Shown: one piece after another, positions 36,204 to 48,239 of the stretch
Position numbering within the stretch: the first letter of the stretch is position 1
Layout of the letters: every line of letters begins with the position of its first letter
From: Macrostomum lignano
Lineage: Eukaryota
Assembly: GCA_002269645.1 (NCBI GenBank)
Contig: NIVC01001675.1
Span: forward strand, 1-64,000
Direction of reading: 5' to 3'
Length of the DNA: 64,000 nt
Notes under the pieces: generated by a model
What the model was told of the DNA's origin: nothing
Seen by the model: only the letters and a program-made list of their open reading frames with translations
Database searches by the model: none
Program-made: the position numbers and the translations under genes

Positions 36204-36242
<39 letters not shown>

Positions 36243-38973
36243 GTGATTGATTGGTTGGTTGAGTGATTGATTGGTTGGTTGAGTGATTGATTGGTTGGTT
36301 GAGTGATTGATTGGTTGGTTGAGTGATTGATTGATTGATTGAGTGATTGATTGATTGATTGAGTGATTGATTGATTGATTGAGTGATTGATTGGTTGGTT
36401 GAGTGATTGATTGGTTGGTTGAGTGATTGATTGGTTGGTTGAGTGATTGATTGGTTGGTTGAGTGATTGATTGGTTGGTTGATTGGATGGTTGAGTGATT
36501 GATTGATTGGTTGAGTGATTGATTGATTGGTTGATTGATCGGCTGGTTGACTACTCGATCGATTGATTGATTCATTGATTAATTCATTGATTGATTCATT
36601 GACGGATTGCTATAGATTGATGGATGTATTAACTGACTGACAAATTGAGTAATTTATAAATCTAATATACTATTAGTAAAGGATTATTTTGTTAACATAT
36701 GCGAGAAACAAGAAATTCATCACTCGCTTTATCACTCGCCGTCAGGCACTTCAATAGTTCTACTGAATTTAATAAAAAGCATAGATACTCGTCAATTGGA
36801 ACTCCAGTCATCCCGGTCTGTTCCTGACTTGGCTGGAGCAGCTTGAGCAGCAAACCCGCGGCATCATCACCTGCCTCACAGTGCTCAACTTGTCTGTGTA
36901 CTCGGCTCTGATTGCGGGCCAGCTCACCGTCCTGACTCCAGTCACCCTGCTTATCGATTCGACCGAAGACCAAGGAGACTCGGCGCTGCATCACTGCCTG
37001 CTGCTGGCCTTCGTGATATTGGGGAACGGATACCAGGTGCGCTCCACTGACATTGTCACTCCTATTGTCACTCTCCTAGTCACTCCCAGTGTCACTCCCA
37101 GTGTCACTCTCCTAGTCACTCCCAGGGTCACTCTCCTAGTCACTCCCATTGTCACTCTCTTAGTCACTCCCAGTGTTACTCTCCTAGTCACTCCCAGGGT
37201 CACTCTCCTAGTCACTCCCAGTGTCACTCTCCTTGTCAATCCCAGGGTCACTCTCCTAGTCACTCCCAGTGTCACTCCTAGTCACTCCCAGTGTCACACT
37301 CCTAGTCACTCCCAGTGTCACTCTCCTAGTCACTCCCAGTGTCACTCTCCTAGTCACTCCCAGTGTCACTCTCCTAGTCACTCCTAGTGTCACTCCCGCC
37401 GTCTCTCCCGCAGGCCGTCATGCTCATCTCCTTCCTAGTCGGCAGACGGCGGTCCCTGAGTCACTCCGGCTGCCCTGCCGGTCCCCGCGAGGGCAACCCC
37501 GAGATCGGCCGCTACGCCGCCTGCTGCTCCGTCTGCTGCCTCTGCGCCGTCGCCCTCCTCGCCCTGCTGACAGCGGCGCCATTCCAGCCCGGATCTCCGG
37601 CCGCATCGGCTGCTCACCTGGCGGCCTCGACGGCGCAGCTGCTGCTGCTGCTGACGGCCACCTACCTGACTCTTTGCCAGCTGCGCAGTCTCCGCTGGGA
37701 GCCCGTGTCCCAGTTCGCATTCTGCCTGATCTGCTGCCTGAACTCCTTCATCCCGTTCACGGTGCTGTACTGCTTGCTGATCTACCTGTTCGGCAGGCTG
37801 CTGGCTCCCGAGGTTGCCAAGGCCGCAGTCACCGCAGGTGATGGAGGGGGAAGTGCTGGCGCCCAGGCTGAGATGGGATCTGGCGCTCTTCAGGTGAGAC
37901 TGATATCGTGATATGATATGCAGCAGGTTGATCTAAGGAGGTCAAGTGACCCCTAATTATTCCTTGAACAGAATCTATTTGGAGTCACGGGGGTCAAGTG
38001 GCTTCTATATTTGTTGGTTATTTAAGTCGGGGTCAAGTGACCTCGTTCTGTAATGTTAAATGAACCATTTAAGCTAGTGGAGGTCAAGTGACCCCCACCT
38101 TAAATTGGAATCTAATTTGAGACCAGTGGAGGTCAAGTGACCCACCTCAATAGAATCCTACAATATTTGGGACCAGTGGAAGTCAAGTTACCCCCCATCA
38201 GTAAGAATCCCAGTTGAGACCCGTAGAGGTCAAGTGACCCCCTCCTTCAATAGAAATCCCATTTGGGACCCGTGGAGGTCAAGTGACCCCTTCCCCTTCA
38301 GTAAGAATCCCAGTTGGGATCAGTGGAGGTCAAGTGACCCCCTCCATAAATAGAGATCCCATTTGTTACCAGTGGAGGTCAAGTGCCCTCTTCAGTAGGA
38401 ATCCCAGTAGGGAACAGTGGAGGTCAAATGACCCACTTCAGTAAGAATCCCAGTTGGGAAGAGTGGAGGTCATATTCGAGACCTGTGGAGGTCAAGTGAC
38501 CCCCTGTTTTCATATGTTTTTCTACAAGAATCCCAACTGAGGTCAAGTGACGCCAATCTGCCCAGCTGTACCAGGCCTTCCTGCTGTCGCTGAACATCCT
38601 GACCAATCGCAGCCAGAAGTTTGTGGAGCCCTCGCCAGGCGAGGAGGCAGCCTTCGCCAGACTGCAAATCCACTTCCTGTTCGTGATCATCCTGCCGGTG
38701 TTCTTCATCAACTTTGCCATCGCGATGCAGTCCATGCTGCTGTCTGCGGTGCAGGACAGCTTCGTTGAGCACCGGGCGCTGTTCCTGGTCACCGTGAGCA
38801 GCCTGATGGAGTTCTGTATGGCACCTTTTCGTAAATGGCTGGGTCGTAATCCAGATGGCAGGGTTGTGCTCCGCTGCCCGCCTAGCAACTGCCACTGGAC
38901 TGATGATGCTGCCGCTGCTGAAGTGCTCGATGAAGGAGGCGAGACTGCGAAACTTCAGGAGCTCGATTGTTAA
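33807..38973 (+). CDS. Divergent TRPV-like ankyrin-repeat cation channel, ~652 aa (5' end tentative)
   Basis: Exons 33807-33843 (tentative), 34591-35395, 36808-37036, 37414-37893, 38566-38973 join in frame. Ankyrin motifs TNALHAAVL and NCRGLLPAELAAHLG (cf. TRPV NxxGLTPxxLAAxxG); six hydrophobic segments; pore helix LYQAFLLSLNILT; S6 FINFAIAM (cf. LNLLIAM). Confidence 0.72.
33855..34450. repeat. Compound CACTCC-based minisatellite, TRPV-like intron 1
   Basis: CACTCCAATTCTGTCACTCCTGTCCAGG variants. Confidence 0.92.
35410..36610. repeat. (GATT/GGTT)n compound microsatellite, TRPV-like intron 2
   Basis: 20 bp unit GAGTGATTGATTGGTTGGTT. Confidence 0.96.
37050..37400. repeat. 24 bp minisatellite, TRPV-like intron 3
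   Basis: Unit GTCACTCTCCTAGTCACTCCCAGT. Confidence 0.93.
37935..38552. repeat. Degenerate ~50-60 bp repeat with conserved GAGGTCAAGTGACCCC core, TRPV-like intron 4
   Basis: About a dozen cores with variable spacers. Confidence 0.85.
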
Positions 38974-39084
38974 TGAGGACCATGGACCAGGCTGCTTAAA
39001 GTGCAACTTCGGTTCTTCTCTTCTTGAACTCGATTTTTACAAGGGCTTTGGAATTCTGATGGATGAAAATGAAAATTAGGATAT

Positions 39085-39975
<891 letters not shown>

Positions 39976-40784
39976 GTGTCTGTTTTTCTGTGTCTTGGTG
40001 TCTGTTTGATGTGTTTTCGGGGATGTGTCTAGGTATTTGTCTTTTGGTATGTGCATTTGGGATGTGTCTGCGAATGTGTCTTCAGGAGTGTGTGTTCGGG
40101 CATGTGTCTTTCAACGGTGCGTGTTATGTTTCTATAAATATTTATCAATGTTTGAGAAAAAATTATTTTTCAACAAGTCCCGCAGAAATTTAGGTTTAAT
40201 ATCAAAAACTTTTTATAAAATATTCGGCAAAATCAGCTGTCTCTGAATTTATATATTTTTAGTTTGTAATTTTGTTTAATTAACTACGACGTACAGATTT
40301 GGTGCAGAGTTAAATTCCGTAAAAATTCAACTGTAAAACCAATCTCAAGAATAAATACTCAAATACTACCCATACTCATACAGCGCACGATTGCAAAATT
40401 AAAAGTCAGTACAAACAGTATAATGTACAGTAATATATTCTAGATTATTATTATACTTATATAAAGCATCCTTCGCTGTCAGAGACTTCTCAGCAGCTGT
40501 CTGTGAGCGCATTGGGGACAAATGTGAAACTGCTTGAAGTTGGGAAAAATCACGCGTGTACAAATTTGCGTGCCTACAGGAATGGCTTTCAGATGAGGAG
40601 GCCATTTTTATGGTAAAATGTTTCGCTATATAGACTACTCAGTTCTACTCAATGAGTAACATGAATGAGGTTTCGCCATCTTGTTGCTAGGTTTATGGAG
40701 ACCGTCAACTTGTCACTGAATCCATCTCAGTGAGATAAATAATACACTTATCCAGTTTGGCTGATTGATCAATCGGACGAGGTA

Positions 40785-40802
40785 TCAATCAATAAGTTAA
40801 TT

Positions 40803-40880
<78 letters not shown>

Positions 40881-40915
40881 CCAACCAACCAATTAATCAA
40901 TGAATCAATCAATCG

Positions 40916-40948
<33 letters not shown>

Positions 40949-41029
40949 CCAATCAATTAATCAATGAATCAATAAGTAAATAAATAAATCAATCAATCAA
41001 TCAATCGATCAATCGATCGATCAATCAAT

Positions 41030-41109
<80 letters not shown>

Positions 41110-41166
41110 TAATCAATGAATCAATCAATCAATTAATCAATGAATAAATCAATAAATAAATAAATA

Positions 41167-41217
<51 letters not shown>

Positions 41218-41284
41218 TAATCAATGAATCAATCAATAAATAAATCAATCAATCAATCAATCAATCGATCAATCAATCAATCAA

Positions 41285-41329
<45 letters not shown>

Positions 41330-41550
41330 TAATCAATCAATCAATCAATTAATCAATCAATCAATCAATTAATCAATCAATCAATCAATTAACCAATCAA
41401 TTAGTCAATTAATCAATCAATTAACCAATCAATCAATCAATTAATCAATCAATCAACTAACCAACCAACTAACCAATCAATTAATCAATTAATCAATCAA
41501 TTAACCAATCAATCAATCAATTAATCAATCAACCAATCAATGAACCAATC
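40785..41550. repeat. (ATCA)n microsatellite
   Basis: Seen directly. Confidence 0.96.
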
Positions 41551-41561
41551 AGACGGTCAAG

Positions 41562-44500
41562 TCACCGATGGTCTACAGCCACCGGAGCATAGGTGAAGCC
41601 GGCGGTCTCCCTCAGCAGCGGCATGTCCACAATGACGCGGCCATCGCTCCGCAGCCGGGCGGTCACCAGCCGGGCGTCCACATTGGCTGGCAAGTCGAAC
41701 TCGTCGCGGAATTCCCGCATTGACGTTTTGCCGGCCGACTTCACCTCGCGCCGGCCGTGGACCGACAGGCGTCGGCCGTTGTCAACCGTGGCGACTGTGA
41801 GGTCCTGGGGCTCGAACTCGGGACCTACGTCGACTTCGAGTTGAAAAGCGCTGGCGGTGCGAACACCGCTGCCCTGCTGCTGCTGCTGATGTCGGGGCGA
41901 GCCGAGAGGCTGGGAGAAGGCAGGCGAACCCGACCTCGGCGACAGTCGGGGACTGTTTGAGTAGAGCCTGCGGGAGTTGAGTTCAGGCTGATCTGGATCG
42001 AACTGATTCGACAATGCTGAGTTTGGCGCCATTGACTCCTCAGATATTTTTGCAAAAATCACCGTGACCCTCAAATTCAACAGATCCATTGACGTTGACC
42101 CCCACCCTAGATTTAAGGAACTATTGATTGACCCCCTGGTTTGACCTCCTGGTTTTCAAGGTCAATTGATTGACCTCCCCCTAGATGACCATATGGTTCT
42201 CAACTCCAATCAGCTGACCCCCCTTAGATGATCCCTGGATTTTAGGTACAATCAATTGCCCCCCCCCCTTAGATGACCCCCTGGATTTTATTGACCCCCC
42301 TTAGATGACCCCCGGATTTTAGCTACAACCAATTGACCCCCCCCTTAGATGACCCCCCGGATTTTAGCTACAACCAATTGACCCCCCTTAAATGACGCCC
42401 CGGATTTTAGCTTCAATCAATTGACCCCCCTTAGATGACGCCCCGGATTTTAGCTTCAACCAATTGACCCCCTTAGATGACGCCCCGGATTTTAGCTTCA
42501 ATCGATTGACCCCCCCAGATGACCCCCCGGATTTTAGCTACAACCAATTGACCCCCCTTAGATGACCCCCCGGATTTTAGCTACAACCAACTGACCCCCC
42601 TTAGATGACGCCCCGGATTTTAGCTTCAATCGATTGACCCCCCTTAGATGACGCCCCGGATTTTAGCTTCAATCAATTGACCCCCCCCCCCAGATGACCC
42701 CCCGGATTTTAGCTACAACCAATTGACCCCCCTTAGATGACGCCCCGGATTTTAGCTTCAATCAAATGCCCCCCCCCAGATTTCAATTGACCCCCTTAGA
42801 TGCCCCCCGGTTCTCAGCGCGATGTCCTGTGACCCCCCTCTCCGCAGCGCTGCTCACCTGCTCTGCTGCTGCAGGGCCGGCTGCTTCCCGGAATACTGGG
42901 GCGGCATCACCGGAGCGGTGACTGACAACTGACCCTCGGCCACAGTGGACCGGACACCGCGAGGGTCGACCCCGTCCGGCAGCGAGAACTGCTCATCGAA
43001 CGAGGCGGAGCTCTGCTTGCCGGTGCGCGGGTCCACCCGCTTGGAGTTGCCGCAGACCCGGACCGTGCGGTCTCCCACCAGCGAAGTCTTCAAGTCGCCA
43101 GGCTCGTAGTCGCGAACGTCGAACACCACTCGATAGACCAGCGAGCCGTCCGGCTGCCGCTCGATTCGGCCAGTTCGGCCACTGTCCGAGCAGCCGGGGT
43201 CGACTTGGCCGGGTGTCCGGAAAAAACCGTCCATTCGTTCTTGCATCGAGCGAGTGAGTTTGTCGAACTCCTCGTCCCAGACTGGGGAGGCGCGGCGGAG
43301 GTCTGCGGAGGGTGGGGGAGGTGGGCTGTTGGGTGGAGATTCTGTGGGTTGTTGGGTGGAGATTCTGTGGGCTGTTGGGTGGAGATTCTGTGGGCTGTTG
43401 GGTGGAGATTCTGTGGGTTGTTGGGTGGAGATTCTGTGGGCTGTTGGGTGGAGATTCTGTGGGCTGTTGGGTGGAGATTCTGTGGGTTGTTGGGTGGAGA
43501 TTCTGTGGGTTGTTGGGTGGAGATTCTGTGGGTTGTTGGGTGGAGATTCTGTGGGCTGTTGGGTGGAGATTCTGTGGGTTGTTGGGTGGAGATTCTGTGG
43601 GTTGTTGGGTGGAGATTCTGTGGGTTGTTGGGTGGAGATTCTGTGGGCTGTTGGGTGGAGATTCTGTGGGCTGTTGGGTGGAGATTCTGTGGGCTGTTAG
43701 GTGGAGATTCTGTGGGTTGTTGGGTGGAGATTCTGTGGGTTGTTGGGTGGAGATTCTGTGGGCTGTTGGGTGGAGATTCTGTGGGCTGTTGGGTGGAGAT
43801 TCTGTGGGTTGTTGGGTGGAGATTCTGTGGGTTGTTGGGTGGAGATTCTGTGGGCTGTTGGGTGGAGATTCTGTGGGCTGTTGGGTGGAGATTCTGTGGG
43901 CTGTTGGGTGGAGATTCTGTGGGTTGTTGGGTGGAGATTCTGTGGGCTGTTGGGTGGAGATTCTATGGGCTGTTGGGTGGCGATTCTGTGGGCTGTTAGG
44001 TGGAGATTCTGTGGGTTGTTGGGTGGAGATTCTGCGGGCTGTTGATGAAGATTGTGTGGGCTGTTGATGAAGATTCTGTGGGCTGTTGATGTGAAGATTC
44101 TGTGGGCTGTTGATGAAGATTCTGTGGGCTGTTGATGCGAAGATTCTGTGGGCTGTTGATGAAGATTGTGTGGGCTGTTCCATGCTAAGCTAACTGCAGA
44201 AGTGCTCTTTTCCAGCTCAAATTACAAAAATGCGCAATAAAACTCAGACCATAGCGGCAATATTGTGCTTGTATGTAATTTGGCAGAAACACATGTTGGG
44301 CTCAAATGCCGTGTGTACAGTGTACAGGTATCAGGGGTATTTGACTGACAGACAGAGGCAGACAGAGGAAGTCTCAGTGCTCCAACCAACTGATTACAAA
44401 GGTAAATAGATTTAGAGATAAAAAGCAAGCACACCCGCTCTCTCTATGCAAATTGAACTGCGCAATGCGTGTGGGCCTGTTTGCAGAAATGACTTTGTTG

Positions 44501-44927
44501 GACTGACTGACAAGTCGATCATTGCCGCCAGTGTCAACATATGAGAGACTGCACCTGGGGTCTCAGGAGCGATTTAGACTCAGGAGGGAGGCAATCTCTG
44601 GGGGAGACAAGTCTCAGAGGGAGACAAGTCTCGGGGGGGGGGTCTCAGGGGGAGACAAGTCTCAAGTGAGACAAGTCTCAGGGGGAGACAAGTCTCAAGT
44701 GAGACAAGTCTCAGGTGAGACAAGTCTCAGGGAAACAAGTCTCAGGGGAGAAAATTCTCAGGGGAGACAAGTCTCAGGGGAGAAAATTCTCAGGGGAGAC
44801 AAGTCTCAGGGGAGAAAATTCTCAGGGGAGACAAGTCTCAGGGAAACAAGTCTCAGGGGAGAAGAATAGCAAGATTAGTCGATTCTCATGCTTTACTCCA
44901 GGATTTCAGTAATCATGACTTACCCAT
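41562..44927 (-). CDS. Small heat-shock protein with two alpha-crystallin domains (flatworm p40/Tsp36 type), ~284 aa
   Basis: Exons 44927-44924 (ATGG|GTAAGT, tentative), 43302-42858, 41967-41562 join in frame. ACD1 VFDVRDYEPGDLK...FSLPDGVDPRGVRSTVAEGQLSVTAP; ACD2 VDVGPEFEPQDLTV...FDLPANVDARLVTARLRSDGRVIVDMP; N-terminal WDEEFDKLTRSM. Confidence 0.88.
42085..42830. repeat. ~45 bp minisatellite, sHSP intron 2
   Basis: Unit TGACCCCCCTTAGATGACGCCCCGGATTTTAGCTTCAATCAAT. Confidence 0.93.
43320..44180. repeat. 23 bp minisatellite, sHSP intron 1
   Basis: Unit CTGTGGGTTGTTGGGTGGAGATT. Confidence 0.96.
44560..44860. repeat. ~16-20 bp degenerate minisatellite, sHSP intron 1
   Basis: TCTCAGGGGAGACAAG variants. 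Confidence 0.88.
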
Positions 44928-45063
44928 TATAAATTTCAGGTGAGAATACGCGGTATTCAATTGAAGATTTCTTGTCAAGATCTTGCTAACAGTATAAGTT
45001 ATAGGTAGCTACTTGTGTCTATATCTTTCTGTGTAGGCTTCCAAGTCTTATGACGACTTCTTG

Positions 45064-45102
<39 letters not shown>

Positions 45103-45409
45103 CCCTCTCTCCCTTACCCCTGCTGTCCTCTGCATTAGTCACACGCTTAAGTCTTAAGAACTTTGGCATTTCGAATTTATTCATTCACCCATTGGCAGGG
45201 ACGGGAGAGGACGGTCGGGTCTGTCTCCCTCTCCGCGTTGTGGACAGGCGAATCGTTAGGGAAGGACAGAAAGTCCGATGGGTTGCTTTTCTACACAACA
45301 CTCTGGTAAGGATTGACTGTGGACTTGTTGTGTTCCACAAGATGGGAGAGTGTTCGAAATGAGAGATTGGGGCCTACACTCCTGAGGTCTTGGAAATATG
45401 TATGACAGG

Positions 45410-46220
45410 GGGATGAGGGGAGAGAAGAAAGGGAAGAGAGGGGAGAGCAGAGAGGGGAGAAGAGAGGAGAGAGGAGCGAAGAGAGGAAAGAGGGGAGAAG
45501 AGAGGGGAGAAGAGAGGAGAGAGGGGAGAAGAGAGGGGAGAAGAGAGGAGAGAGGGGAGAAGAGAGGGGAGAAGAGAGGAGAGAGGGGAGAAGAGAGGGG
45601 AGAAGAGAGGAGAGAGGGGAGAAGAGAGGAGAGAGGGGAGAAGAGAGGAGAGAGGGGAGAAGAGAGGGGAGAAGAGAGGAGAGAGGGGAGAAGAGAGGAG
45701 AGAGGGGAGAAGAGAGGAGAGAGGGGAGAAGAGAGGAGAGAAGGGAGAAGAGAGAAGAGAGGGGAGAAGAGAGGAGAGGGGAGAAGAGAGGTGAGAGGAA
45801 AGGACGGAGGGGAGAAGAGATTAGAGAGGGGAGAAGAGAGGAGAGGGGAGAAGAGAGGAGAGAGGAGCGAAGAGAGGAAAGAGGGGAGAAGAGAGGGGAG
45901 AAGAGAGGAGAGAGGGGAGAAGAGAGGGGAGAAGAGAGGAGAGAGGGGAGAAGAGAGGGGAGAAGAGAGGAGAGAGGGGAGAAGAGAGGGGAGAAGAGAG
46001 GAGAGAGGGGAGAAGAGAGGGGAGAAGAGAGGAGAGAGGGGAGAAGAGAGGAGAGAGGGGAGAAGAGAGGAGAGAGGGGAGAAGAGAGGAGAGAAGGGAG
46101 AAGAGAGAAGAGAGGGGAGAAGAGAGGAGAGGGGAGAAGAGAGGTGAGAGGAAAGGACGGAGGGGAGAAGAGATTAGAGAGGGGAGAAGAGAGGAGAGGG
46201 GAGAAGAGAGGAGAGAGGAG
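45410..46220. repeat. GA-rich polypurine low-complexity repeat
   Basis: (GAGAGGGGAGAAGAGAG)-like units. Confidence 0.95.
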
Positions 46221-47054
46221 AGAATGTAGCGAGAACACAGAAGCCAGTTACAGTTACACTCCGAAGCGAATACAGCTCCATATATCCAGCTAGAATGGCT
46301 GCTGCATCTACGCAACAGTTCGGTGAGAAAAAGCCCAAGTATTACCAATATGAATAAGTGTGAAAATGAAAATACAACTTGAAATAAACATGTTATATTG
46401 CGGGTCCTGCTGTAATTGGTGCTGCTGAACTTTTGCAACAAGATTTATCGTGTGAACTACATGCTTACCTTCAACAATTCTCGGGCTCAGCCTTGGGCTC
46501 GGAGATCTACCCTGCATTGGAGAGGCATTGCCACCGCTCATGGCTACACAATGTTCTGGCTATAATGTTGTACAGAATTTCAAAGCTCAGCAAAGTTGCA
46601 AGTCTTTTCTCGCTGTGTTGGTTGTCGACTGTCTTCGAATTTATATAAACAGTTGAGGTGAACTGTCACACACCTGTGAGGCCGGCACAGCCTGTCAACA
46701 ACTGCTTAGCTAGTCTGTGTGTGCTCAAACTGTGCTCAAAGTTGTCTGCATTCATTGCGACTGTATTTTTGTTTAGATTGGACAGACAGACTGTAAACAG
46801 GGTGGGGTGAGTTGGTAGGTTGCTGTTCTGCATTCAGCTTCGCATTGCATATTCACCTTAGCTTGTGTATTTAGACTTAATTTGGCCTTTCTCCCAAGGT
46901 ATTTTGCGGTCTGTATAGAAATTTTTGCCAAGTTTTTGTTGGCGAGACAACTGGCTCAGTGTTGGTGGTCGAAAATAAATAAATAATTTTATTTATTTCG
47001 TGTCGTGAAAATGGAGTTCTCAGTGTATTTTTAATTTTGTGGCCATGGGGTTGC

Positions 47055-47715
47055 TGCAGGGGTCAGGGGTGCTGGAAGGGGTCAGGGGGTGCTGGAAGGG
47101 GTCAGGGGATTCTGGAAGGGGTCAGGGGGTGCTGGAAGGGTCAGGGGGTGCTGGAAGGGGTCAGGGGATTCTGGAAGGGGTCAGGGGGTGCTGGAAGGGT
47201 CAGGGGTGCTGAAAGGGGTCAGGGGTGCTGGAAGGGGTCAGGGGTGCTGGAAGGGGTCAGAGGGTGCTGGAAGGGGTCAGGGGGTGCTGGAAGGGGTCAG
47301 GGGTGCTGGAAGGGGTCAGGGGTGCTGGAAGGGGTCAGGGGGTGCTGGAAGGGGTCAGGGGTGCTGGAAGGGGTCAGGGGTGCTGGAAGGGGTCAGGGGT
47401 GCTGGAAGGGGTCAGGGGGTGCTGGAAGGGGTCAGGGGTGCTGAAAGGGGTCAGGGGTGCTGGAAGGGGTCAGGGGTGCTGGAAGGGGTCAGGGGTGCTG
47501 GAAGGGGTCAGGGGTGCTGGAAGGGGTCAGGGGGTGCTGGAAGGGGTCAGGGGTGCTGGAAGGGGTCAGGGGGTGCTGGAAGGGGTCAGGGGGTGCTGGA
47601 AGGGGTCAGAGGGTGCTGGAAGGGGTCAGGGGGTGCTGGAAGGGGTCAGGGGGTGCTGGAAGGGGTCAGGGGTGCTGGAAGGGGTCAGGGGGTGCTGGAA
47701 GGGGTCAGGGGTGCT
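47055..47715. repeat. 19-21 bp G-rich minisatellite
   Basis: Unit GGGGTGCTGGAAGGGGTCA. Confidence 0.96.
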
Positions 47716-48239
47716 GGGATGCTTTCAACAGATATCCTGCACAGACTACTTATTTGAATACTTCAGTAGTGAGTCAGATTTATTAAATCTCATTACAAAC
47801 AGAGACTATATAAACTGAAACCTCCATGCAAGGTCGGGAAATTCTCACGTGGAAATAATTTTTTAGAATCAAACGAACAGGTGCAAAAACAATTTCTTCT
47901 AAAAGAGGAAGTTACAAAAAGAAAGATTTTGTAAAAATATATCAAATATGAAATCCGTAATATTGAAAAGCAGGTCAAAAGCAAACTTGGCTTATTCCGT
48001 CTTTGAAAAGTTGTTCTATTCATTATTCTGTTCTGTAACTACTTCTAAAATTACCACACAGAACGGAGTTGGGACACAATGAGGTTTCGAGAATTGCAAT
48101 TTCTAAAACAAATGTGTTGGCAAGCAAAGTATTTTATTGTTTCATGGAAGGACAGCCACTGTCTTTGCTTTGTTTTAAATGCGGAAGTGTCATAATGCCA
48201 TGCCAAATTTCTCTGAGATACGTTTCAGAGACTATTGAG

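Noticed and set aside
36785-36807. Alternative earlier acceptor for TRPV-like exon 3 (GCATAG|ATACTC)
   Set aside because: It needs a weak phase-0 GTGCCC donor; the GTGCGT donor with the 36808 acceptor fits better.
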